From: Macrostomum lignano
Taxonomy: Eukaryota
NCBI GenBank assembly: GCA_002269645.1
Contig: NIVC01003731.1
Location: 1 to 64,000, forward strand
Length of the DNA stretch: 64,000 bases
Direction of reading: 5' to 3'
Made by a program: the position numbers and the translations under genes. Every line of letters begins with the position of its first letter. Within the stretch, counting starts at the first letter, position 1. Below the pieces are notes generated by a model. The model was not told the origin of the DNA and ran no database searches. It was given only the letters and a program-made list of their open reading frames with translations. Below are positions 1 to 10,763 of the stretch, one piece after another.

Positions 1-377
1 TGGGGAGTCACTGTAGGCTCTAACAGACGCAGTGTAGGTTAATGAGGAGTCACTGTAGGCTCTAGCAGAGGTAGTGTAGGTTAATGGGGAGTCACTGTAG
101 GCTCTAGCAGAGGTAGTGTATGTTAATGAGGAGTCACTGTAGGCTCTAGCAGAGGTAGTGTAGGTTAATGGGGAGCCACTGTAGGCTCTAACAGAGGCAG
201 TGTAGGTTAATGGGGAGCCACTGTAGGCTCTAGCAGAGGTAGTGTAGGTTAATGGGGAGCCACTAGGCTCTAGCAGAGGCAGTGTAGGTTAATGGGGAGC
301 CACTGTAGGCTCCAACAGAGGCAGTGTAGGTTAATGGGGAGTCACTGTAGGCTCTAGCAGAGGCAGTGTAGGTTACA
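1..377. repeat. 42-bp minisatellite (TGGGGAGTCACTGTAGGCTCTAACAGAGGCAGTGTAGGTTAA), about 9 copies, cut by the window start
   Basis: Direct tandem repetition read from the sequence. Confidence 0.95.
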
Positions 378-493
378 GAGGCGACCGCTACAGAGGGGCA
401 TTGAGATCTCATTAATCAAGACACTGTCTGTGCAGATAGATTACCATTGACTGCTCGAGAGTCTTCGTCATCCTGTTTCTGTTTCCTTTGCAG

Positions 494-618
494 AAACATC
501 TGCTCCGCATCTTCTTTTCTCACTTAATATCCCAACATCCTGGTGAAACATCCGCCCACGCGGTACTGCTAGAGGCCTACGCTATGCAGCAGTACCTCAA
601 CCGTGCAAAATCGCTGCA
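494..618 (+). CDS. Candidate internal coding exon of an unidentified gene (KHLLRIFFSHLISQHPGETSAHAVLLEAYAMQQYLNRAKSL)
   Basis: Pyrimidine-rich acceptor tttctgtttcctttgcAG ending at 493, 125 nt open in phase 0, donor GTAAGG at 619. No family recognised. Confidence 0.45.
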
Positions 619-1401
619 GTAAGGCAGTGAAGCGTGACTCGGTAGTAAGATTGAGCTGCGTTTTTTCTTGCTAACGAAAAACAGAAATAGATAGGCTAGA
701 AGACGCGGATGCTTGAGGAAGCCTCATTGCACTGGGAGGAACCCCCACCGTAACTGCACCCTGACCACCTTGGCTTCCCATATTCCATTCCCATTAAGCA
801 TTTTCCCGTCGCAATCTTATTTCTTTACCTTCTCCCAGTCTCACCGATGCCTCATCGGTCTTTTCTACCCTTCTTCGTGCCCGACCATCGCCCTTTGTCC
901 ACCTCAATTTGTCTGGGCAACTGTGCCCTCTGTCCGACTCAGCTATCGCGCTTTACTTGCTCATTAATTATTAATTAGCTCACTGCCAAAAAGGCGCAGG
1001 TGGCGTGGGCAGGTTTTTTCGGATGGAGAGCAAACTAAGCTTGATGTTGCTTGAGGCAGCTGAGGAGATTGATTAGAAGTAAAGTTCTCCTTATATCCTT
1101 AATAAAGTTATAAGCATAAGTTTTCTGTAGGAAAATTGTTAATCTGGCTAATAAATTACACTTCATTTGTTGATAATTCGTTATTGAGCCAGGGGAAATG
1201 TTGCTGAGCCGAGTTTACACAGAGGCGCGTCAAGTTGGTGCAATAGTAGTTACGATTGCCAGCCTCGGTGCCGACATCCGGCAGGCTGTAAATCACATCG
1301 ACGCACCGATTGCAGTAGAGATTGGATTAACAGCTTACGAGTTAGTGGCATAAGGTTCCAAAACATGTGAATATAATAGGACTAGTTCAAAACGTCCTGG
1401 G

Positions 1402-1709
1402 CGGGTTGTAGTCTAGTGGTTAGAGGGTCCGACTCACGACTGGAAGATCGGGGGTTCGATTCCCGATCCCACTGGAACAATTTGTGTCCTTGAGCAAGAC
1501 ACTTAGCTCTACATTGCTTCAGTTCATCCAGCTGTAAAATGGGTGTCAGCATTAGCTGGGGTAATTGAGGCTGTGTGTGTGGCGACCCCCCAGTCCTTGG
1601 ACTGAACAGCCGTACGCAGCCTTCAGATGCGCCGCGCAATAGCTGCGGCTGAGCTGTCGGTTGCACATCTGCCCATTAGGGCAGGTGTAATCAGTTATTA
1701 TTATTATTA
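1402..1709 (+). mobile_element. tRNA-derived SINE, family 1, full length, with a CORE-like central domain and (TTA)n tail
   Basis: A box TAGTCTAGTGG and B box GGTTCGATTCC. The segment tgtgtccttgagcaagacactt...ccagctgtaaaatggg resembles the MIR/CORE-SINE core. A homologous copy lies at 35645-35943. Confidence 0.85.
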
Positions 1710-1717
1710 CCCTAACG

Positions 1718-1842
1718 GACATGAAGCAATGCAGATATAAGTGTCTTGCTGAAGTACACAAAATGTTCCAGTGGGATCGGGAATCGAACCCCCGACCTTC
1801 AAGTCGCGAGTCCGACGCTCTAACCACTAGGCTACAACCCCG
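1718..1842 (-). mobile_element. SINE family 1, 5' third only, inverted and tail-to-tail with the preceding copy
   Basis: Reverse complement reads cggggttgtagcctagtggttagagcgtcggactcgcgacttgaaggtcgggggttcgattcccgatcccactggaac..., aligning with 1402-1520. Confidence 0.85.
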
Positions 1843-2935
1843 TTAGGGTGCTGCAGAGAACACGCAGTTCTACAGCTGGACGTCAGAGTCCCTGACTGCA
1901 GCTCGGGCTAAGCGTCACGACCAGCGCCAGCTTGTTATTGAATTTGCGTTCGGGCTGGGGCCGCGGTTGCTTTAAAAAAAGACTCATTTTTTTTCTATGA
2001 CTTATCGATCGCGTGCACTTGCCCTAACTCTTCTATCTCTGTCCCACTCTCTCTCTCTTTGGATGGCTCTCCAAATCAGCAGAGTACAAAATCGGGTATA
2101 TTATTTTTATTATTACTACTGTGATCATTATTGCCATTATTATAAAGTACATGCATCTCTCAACCCGATCTCACCCAAATGCGGTGCACTTCTTCTTGAA
2201 AGTTTCAATTAATTTGGGTCAGGCAACTCTGCGCTTACTCGCAGAATGCTTTGCAGAGAAAGAGAGAGAGAGAAAAGGAACGCCGAATGCAGGCTCAACT
2301 TTAGCTATGAGAATATTGAAGCTATGCAGCTAGGGGAATGGTGAGTTGGCGATGGCAGAGGGGATAAAGGGAACCTAGCGGGGGACTGAAGCGAAAACTG
2401 CTTAGCAGTCCAAGGAATTTCTGGCGGCGCAGTCGCTGGCCCCTCTGTCAGCTCGTATTTTAGAGATAAGAACCGGAGCCCAGATAATCTCCCGAGCACG
2501 ACTCTGCCGGGTGGAAACTTGAGCCCCGCAGAGACGCCAGCCTACCCTGTGCCCGCCTAAGTCTTCTTCCAGGCGCTGATGCTGCCCGGATTGCCGAGTC
2601 GTCTCTCTTTTCTCCTTTCATTCAAGAAGCTCAGGCAGAGAGAGAGAGAAGTTCCTCCACGAACGAAATGGGAGCTTGAGTTGGCATGGCGAGCAGGAGT
2701 TCACCGGGCGGGGAGTCGGGGAGATTAGTTAGAGAGAAAAAAGCCTGTTCGGAAATAAGGGTCCCGTCGCCTTTTGCAGCTTCCTTCTTTGCTGCTGGCT
2801 TTCTCTCCTTTCCTTATTTGCTAACCCATCCCGTAACTCAATCATAGAGAGCTGTCTGTGATTTGCCTGCGCCCAACTGTCTTTTCAATCTATTCTTTGA
2901 CTTTTCCTAGCACAATGACTGGGATAAGTGCATCC

Positions 2936-3336
<401 letters not shown>

Positions 3337-4093
3337 GCTCTATCTCTACATTTATTCAGCCTTTTTCATCTAACAGCTCTTACAAAGGCAACCTATTGTG
3401 CAAAACTACAATCTCTGCAATGCAGCATTCATTTTTCTGTGCCTCGATAGCGTGTACTTTTTTGATTCACCAGCGACGGCGGCATTTATTGCTTAATCTA
3501 TTGGGCCGCAAACAGGCGTAGAGGCTGCCCTGCCCCTCTCCATTGCCCCACCCACCTCCCTGTCCTGCCGAAACAAACACGCTGATAGATACATTGTCAT
3601 GGCCTCCGGCTGCCTTTCCTTTCTCCCTTTGCAAACCTGGCCCTTCTCTCTCTTTACTACTCATCTGTGTTAGCAACGGGGGCATAATTGTATCTGGCAG
3701 GCAGCCAGCGGAGCCTTGAAGGGACGGCGGCAGCGGTGGCAGCGGCGGCGGCGACATTAGCGCGGGCGGCAATGCGATTAGCCCTTTACCCCTTGGCCAC
3801 GCGTTGATCTCGCCGCCTCTTCACCATCGCTGTTCTCTCTTGGTGTCTCGGCTGTAGCCTCGCTTCTCGTCTCGTATGCGCACGCGCGGCCCCTCCCTCC
3901 CCCTCGACCCACTTTGCGCCCCCGGGCCAGAAGCTGGGCCCGCGGTTCCTCTGCACTGCGTGCAGTTGCACTGTTTTATGTAAGCATGGCAACCAGCCAG
4001 TGCGGTTGGCTAGCGAGCTCAGCAATGGCAGGCTTGAGACTAATCTGGATAGTTTAAAGTAATCCTTGCGGTAATACTTAGTCTTTGGGCTAA

Positions 4094-4463
4094 GGGGGCC
4101 GTAGCCTTGTGGTCTAGCACGGTGCTCTGATGTGCCAGCGGCCCAGGCTCGATTCCCATTGCAGTCACATTAATTTGGGACTAAATTGGAATCTCGGCTT
4201 GGCTCTGCTCGTGCAATTAACGGCCTCAAGGGCCAAACCCACAAGGCACAGTGAAGTGTACATGCCGAACGATAAATAAAGTTAGGACCGCTGTACACTC
4301 CTGTGTGAGTGTGTGCCTGTGCGTGTGACTGCGTACGTATCCGCCCGCTTGTGTGCCTGCTCAGGGGAGTCGGCGGAATGGGCAGCAATGCCTCTCGCCG
4401 GTTGTGCGACAATGTCGCTTGCAGTGCGCCAGGCTGCACACAGCCCCGGCCTTTAATAAAAAA
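4094..4463 (+). mobile_element. tRNA-derived SINE, family 2, apparently full length (tRNA-like head, conserved body, A-rich tail)
   Basis: A-box-like TAGCCTTGTGG and B-box-like GGCTCGATTCC. Body 4230-4440 aligns with 42266-42450 and 7888-8075. Ends in taataaaaaa. Confidence 0.65.
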
Positions 4464-4977
4464 GAGTGATTGGGCTTTGGTTTTATTAGTTCTGCGCTAC
4501 ACATCCTTCACACACCTACTCACTCGCTCACGCATTCGCCTCAGTGACCCCGCTGGCCCTTTCGACTCTCCTAATGACGGGTTCCCCGTGCCCCTGCAAA
4601 ATCTGCGACTGAGCATCCAGTGGAAGCAGCCGGCGTGGAGCAAATTTCTCTAGATTTCGGTCTCGAGTAAACTAAAGCAGGGAGGGTTCGAGCTGCAAGG
4701 GGGACTCAGCGCTCGTCGGGCACGATCTTGGCCGATCAATATATCGGGCTTATCCTTAGCCTCTTCATCCCATCTCAAGCGCTGTATCATTGCTTCGCTT
4801 GAGAGATGCAGAGTGCAATCCGATTTGCCAATGTGGCTCCAAACTTGCTCAAAACTCTCTTCTACCCGCATGAGCACCAGCTTTTGCTCGCCTTCTGAGC
4901 TGGGGGCTTTCGGGGGAGCTTCTTGATTCTCGAGAATGCGTTGCTTTCTTGATAACTGTCTCCCCTTGTACTCCAGA

Positions 4978-5430
4978 TGTACACTCTACCATCTCCCCTG
5001 TACACTCCACCATCTACCCTATACACTCCACCTGTACACTCCACCATCTACCCTGTACACTCTACAATCTCCCCTGTACACTCCACCATCTACCCTGTAC
5101 ACTCCACAATCTCCCCTGTACACTCTACAATCTCCCCTGTACACTCCGCCATCCCCCTGTACACTCCACCATCTCCCCTGTACACTTTATCATCTCTCAT
5201 GTACACTCCGCCATCTCTCATGTACACTCCACCATCTCCCCTGTACACTCCGCCATCTCCCCTGTACACTTTACCATCTCTCATGTACACTCCGCCATCT
5301 CTCATGTACACTCCGCCATCTCCCCTGTACACTTTACCATCTCTCATGTACACTCCGCCATCTCTCATGTACACTCCGCCATCTCCCCTGTACACTCCGC
5401 CATCTCCTCTGTGTCCTCTGCCATCTTTCT
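4978..5430. repeat. 21-bp minisatellite (TGTACACTCCACCATCTCCCC), about 21 copies
   Basis: Direct reading; it explains the overlapping ORFs at 4936-5512. Confidence 0.95.
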
Positions 5431-5756
5431 CATGTCATCTCACCCGCTGTCTCTTGTTTTTTTCTATTTAATACTTCTCTTTCCAGAATATAATTTTAAT
5501 TTTTCTGTCTAGTACCCTACACCTGACCCTCTATATCCTTCATAAACACCGGCTCTTGCAGACAGATGTTCGAAAAAATCTAGCAACCTGTCAATCCTGG
5601 CTAGGATAAAGCAGCCCTACCCCGAAGTCTAGGGCTGTGCGAGGGAGGGGGGCACTGTTTACTAGCTAGCGTGTGTGTGCACCAATCGCATGATGATCGT
5701 GTCATCAATGATGCGATCTGTGTCCGCTAGTGTGGCAATACTTATAAACAGATCTA

Positions 5757-5945
5757 GACCCCCGTCTCTGACCCCCTCTCAGACCCCGTCTCTGACCCCC
5801 TCTCAGACCCTGTCTCTGACCCCCTCTCTGACCTCGTCTCTAACTCGCTCTCTGACCCGCTCTCTGACCCCTCTCTGACCCCCTCTCTGGCCTCGTCTCT
5901 AACCCCCTCTCTGACCCGCTCTCTGACCTCCTCTCTGACCTCTTT
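5757..5945. repeat. 12-bp minisatellite (CTGACCCCCTCT)
   Basis: Direct reading. Confidence 0.9.
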
Positions 5946-7887
5946 TGTTGGCCAGGTGAAATATACAGCGGTACTCGACATTAGGCTAGATGTCAACGCC
6001 GCAGAAACAACAGACTATTGTTGCATTTTTCTGCCGAGTCAGGTGGCAAGGGCGCTATCCACAAGATTCCCGAATTGATCCCCACAATATGAGATGGAGA
6101 CTCATTCGGCGTGAGTTCTCGCGCTCTCACTGACTGAGCATTTACAGATGAGGCCCGCAGCTCAAAATCCCCTACTGAATGTGGGATTTGCACCCCGGGA
6201 TAGGATGAGGTTGCCGGGTGGGGGGGGGGATAATTCTCCCCTCCTCTGCCGGCAAGGCCATCGCGTGTGTTGCATCTCGATCCTGCACACCCACGCGCTG
6301 CTTTATTTGGGGAAAGCCGGCGGCTCGAGTGAGGAGAAAACTAAAGAGGAACGGTGGGATCCCTTCGCGACACTCTTTCCCGTTCCCTGTCGAAGGATTA
6401 GCGACGCATTTTATCCCCCAGCGCGATGATTACGTAACTTTTTAAGCAATTGATTGCGTAATCATCAATTCACAATTTGGTATTCCCTGCATGCAGCGGG
6501 GGCAGCTGGATGAGCCGGGTTTGAGCAATGATAGAAATTTATTAGTGTATTTTATTAGGCTCTCATTACCGATCGCTGCTTTTTTAGATGAAGAACTTAC
6601 TATTCCCACACTCTTGAGCCTCTGACTGTGTCTCTCCAGGAGCTCGAATCGCTGTCCAGCCCCCCAGTTTGCTTCTCCGCTAATGCTCAGGCGGTGTAAG
6701 GCTATAGATCTGCTGCCGCTTCTTGAGTTCTTCTCAAATTGCCCCCCACTCCCGCGACTAAGAAGTCTGCACTTGGCCTGGAGGACACCGCTGGGTCCTG
6801 CCAAGCAGAGGGAGGAGAAAAGCTGCGAGAGAAGCCTCGCCTGCCTGTGGGTGGTGCCGTATGAGGCCCAAAAATGAATGAATAAATCATAAGAGGCCCT
6901 CCTTGCCTTGAGCTCACCCAAGCCTTTACAACTTGATTTCCAGCAGCCAGCCGTCTGGACTTGCGCCAATCGACTAAGATACTGTCTCGGCTGGCTAGAG
7001 TCTTCTTTTCTACTCCTTCATCTTTCCAATTCATCTCCCATCCAAGCCATCACCGCCCCCCCCCGCCTTCTTTGCTTCACTCTGTGTGCTTTTAAGACTG
7101 GCTGGCCCCCTTTCTCGCCAACACTTGTGCGTGCGCTCTTTTTTCACTTTTGGCAGCGCCCGGCGCAGAGCTGATTCTTTTGTTTTAAACTGCTGCCAAG
7201 ACTGTCGACTTTCTTGGTAACCGACACACCGTCTCCGACTAGGTTTTGGCTCGCTTTCCCACCGTCGGCCTCTCCTCTCCTGCTTGCTGCAGAGCCCCCT
7301 CAGCCACTCTGGCATCTCTCATCTCTCTTTCTTCTTTTCCCATATAGCTAGACGGACTCATGCGGGAAATCGATCTACTAGAAGAGGCTGGGAGGGAGAG
7401 AGAGAGAAAAAAAAATCTGTAGCTAATTAAGCCGCATAAACATTTTTGCTGGCAGACGAAGTCCGCTGGACGCAGGGGCCCGGGTTCATGCGCATGGTTG
7501 GCTGTGCTTCGTTAAAGTGCACAGAAGCCTTCTCATTCGGTAGGAAATTGTCTGTTAATCTTTCACTTCCGGTCAGATGCTGCTGCGGCTGCTGCTAGGG
7601 AAGTGTTACTTCCGCTTGTGTTTTAATGAGTCGATTTTCAAAAATAATTATTTGCAAATCGCTGCTCTTTTGGCTGTTGCACTTCAAATGCTTTTCCAAG
7701 CTGGTTGGTGGCGATTTCGTTAACTTTTTGTGCAACCTTTCAACTCTGTTAGAAAGTCTTTGCGGTGTGATGAGGGATGATAAACTTGAAAAGTATCAAA
7801 ACTGTGCCAAGTTTTAATGGGCAGCTCAGCGGTGAACTGCGTCTGACTCTCGCGCGGCTACATTTATTTGGAGCTTGTCGCACTCAC

Positions 7888-8075
7888 CAACCCCAGATCA
7901 CAGAGAGTGTACAATGCCTGACGATTAGAAAGTCACAAAGAGCCGCTGTGCACCCTGTGTGAGCGAGTGTATGAGTGTGTGCCTGCGTACAGTATTGGCG
8001 CGCTTGCATGTGCTCAGGATCGAGCAGAATGAGCAGGATTATCTCACCGCAAGTTGTGGGTCGATTTCGCCCACA
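7888..8075 (+). mobile_element. SINE family 2 body fragment
   Basis: gagagtgtacaatgcctgacgattagaaagtca...ccctgtgtgagcgagtgtatgagtg...cctgcgtac is shared with the copies at 24829 and 42266. Confidence 0.75.
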
Positions 8076-8499
8076 GCCCTTTTGTGATCCTGTAATGCCC
8101 TCTGTCTTCATCAGGTTCTCGAGCTCCATACGTATCCGTTGTGTGCATCTGTTTTATTCAGCTAAAAATGCTGAGCTGTCTGTTTGACACTTGCGTCAGC
8201 ATTGACGGGCTCAATAAGCATCCTCTCGTCGTAATTATCCCATTGCATTGCTGTCCCGTCGCACTCTGCTCTTCATCTGCAGCATTTCCCTCCCTATACT
8301 TCACTATAGCATAACCAAAGTGGGGGGGGGGAGAATGGGTCTGTTTTCAATTTGCATATTGACAAAGTCATTTCCAAGTTCGTGGATTGAGCGACATACT
8401 CTTCATCAATGCTTATGGAATGCACTTTTATTCTAGTCTGCTTTGCTGTCTCTACATCCTCATCGAGATCTAGTTTTCGAGGCAATGGCGGTGCAACGG

Positions 8500-10763
8500 T
8501 CGACTGTCTATGGGGCTGAATTTTCAACCGTCTATGGTTCGTTGAATGTTCAATTGTCTATGGTTGGCTGAATGTTCGACTGTCTATGGTTGGCTGAATG
8601 TTCGACTGTCTATGGTTGGCTGAATGTTCGACTGTCTATGGTTGGCTGAATGTTTAACTGTCTATGGTTGGCTGAATGTTCAACTGTCTATGGTTGGCTG
8701 AATGTTTAACTGTCTATGGTTGGCTGAATGTTTAACTGTCTATGGTTGGCTGAATGTTCAACTGTCTATGGTTGGCTGAATGTTCAACTGTCTATGGTTG
8801 GCTGAATGTTTAACTGTCAATGGTTGGCTGAATGTTCGACTGTCTATGGTTGGCTGAATGTTCGACTGTCTATGGTTGGCTGAATGTTTAACTGTCTATG
8901 GTTGGCTGAATGTTCAACTGTCTATGGTTGGCTGAATGTTTAACTGTCTATGGTTGGCTGAATGTTTAACTGTCTATGGTTGGCTGAATGTTCAACTGTC
9001 TATGGTTGGCTGAATGTTCAACTGTCTATGGTTGGCTGAATGTTCAACTGTCTATGGTTGGCTGAATGTTAAACTGTCAATGGTTGGCTGAATGTTCGAC
9101 TGTCTATGGTTGGCTGAATGTTCGACTGTCTATGGTTGGCTGAATGTTTAACTGTCTATGGTTGGCTGAATGTTCAACTGTCTATGGTTGGCTGAATGTT
9201 TAACTGTCTATGGTTGGCTGAATGTTTAACTGTCAATGGTTGGCTGAATGTTTAACTGTCTATGGTTGGCTGAATGTTCAACTGTCTATGGTTGGCTGAA
9301 TGTTTAACTGTCTATGGTTGGCTGAATGTTTAACTGTCAATGGTTGGCTGAATGTTCAACTGTCTATGGTTGGCTGAATGTTCAACTGTCTATGGTTGGC
9401 TGAATGTTCAATTGTCTATGGTTGGCTGAATGTTCGACTGTCTATGGTTGGCTGAATGTTCGACTGTCTATGGTTGGCTGAATGTTCGACTGTCTATGGT
9501 TGGCTGAATGTTCAACTGTCTATGGTTGGCTGAATGTTCAACTGTCTATGGTTGGCTGAATGTTTAACTGTCTATGGTTGGCTGAATGTTTAACTGTCTA
9601 TGGTTGGCTGAATGTTCAACTGTCTATGGTTGGCTGAATGTTCAACTGTCTATGGTTGGCTGAATGTTTAACTGTCAATGGTTGGCTGAATGTTCGACTG
9701 TCTATGGTTGGCTGAATGTTCGACTGTCTATGGTTGGCTGAATGTTTAACTGTCTATGGTTGGCTGAATGTTCAACTGTCTATGGTTGGCTGAATGTTTA
9801 ACTGTCTATGGTTGGCTGAATGTTTAACTGTCTATGGTTGGCTGAATGTTCAACTGTCTATGGTTGGCTGAATGTTCAACTGTCTATGGTTGGCTGAATG
9901 TTCAACTGTCTATGGTTGGCTGAATGTTAAACTGTCAATGGTTGGCTGAATGTTCGACTGTCTATGGTTGGCTGAATGTTCGACTGTCTATGGTTGGCTG
10001 AATGTTTAACTGTCTATGGTTGGCTGAATGTTCAACTGTCTATGGTTGGCTGAATGTTTAACTGTCTATGGTTGGCTGAATGTTTAACTGTCAATGGTTG
10101 GCTGAATGTTTAACTGTCTATGGTTGGCTGAATGTTCAACTGTCTATGGTTGGCTGAATGTTTAACTGTCTATGGTTGGCTGAATGTTTAACTGTCAATG
10201 GTTGGCTGAATGTTCAACTGTCTATGGTTGGCTGAATGTTCAACTGTCTATGGTTGGCTGAATGTTTAACTGTCTATGGTTGGCTGAATGTTCAACTGTC
10301 TATGGTTGGCTGAATGTTTAACTGTCTATGGTTGGCTGAATGTTCAACTGTCTATGGTTGGCTGAATGTTCAACTGTCTATGGTTGGCTGAATGTTTAAC
10401 TGTCTATGGTTGGCTGAATGTTCAACTGTCAATGGTTGGCTGAATGTTTAACTGTCTATGGTTGGCTGAATGTTTAACTGTCTATGGTTGGCTGAATGTT
10501 TAACTGTCAATGGTTGGCTGAATGTTTAACTGTCTATGGTTGGCTGAATGTTCAACTGTCTATGGTTGGCTGAATGTTCAACTGTCTATGGTTGGCTGAA
10601 TGTTCGACTGTCTATGGTTGGCTGAATGTTCGACTGTCTATGGTTGGCTGAATGTTTAACTGTCTATGGTTGGCTGAATGTTCAACTGTCTATGGTTGGC
10701 TGAATGTTCAACTGTCTATGGTTGGCTGAATGTTCAACTGTCTATGGTTAGCGAACATTCAAC
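8500..10763. repeat. 26-bp satellite (CTGTCTATGGTTGGCTGAATGTTYRA), about 86 copies, with an 858-bp higher-order duplication
   Basis: Direct reading. Rare variants recur exactly 858 bp apart (8551/9409 and 9071/9929). Confidence 0.97.

Noticed and set aside
839-974. Scattered LRR-like snippets (VHLNLSG at 897, PRLRSLHL near 6750, LDLADCRIG at 21820, LESLSL near 35590 on the minus strand)
   Set aside because: Short Leu-spaced motifs are common by chance in CT-rich DNA, and no consistent spliced model links them.
1402-1475. Functional tRNA genes at 1402, 1842, 4094 and 35943
   Set aside because: Anticodon regions differ between copies, stems are broken, and each head continues into a SINE body.
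3980-3993. Second X-box-like motif GTAAGCATGGCAAC beside a CpG-rich stretch
   Set aside because: One consensus mismatch and no identifiable first exon nearby.
8500-10763. CRISPR-like appearance of the 22-31-bp arrays
   Set aside because: Monomers are head to tail with no unique spacers, no cas genes are present, and the context is eukaryotic.
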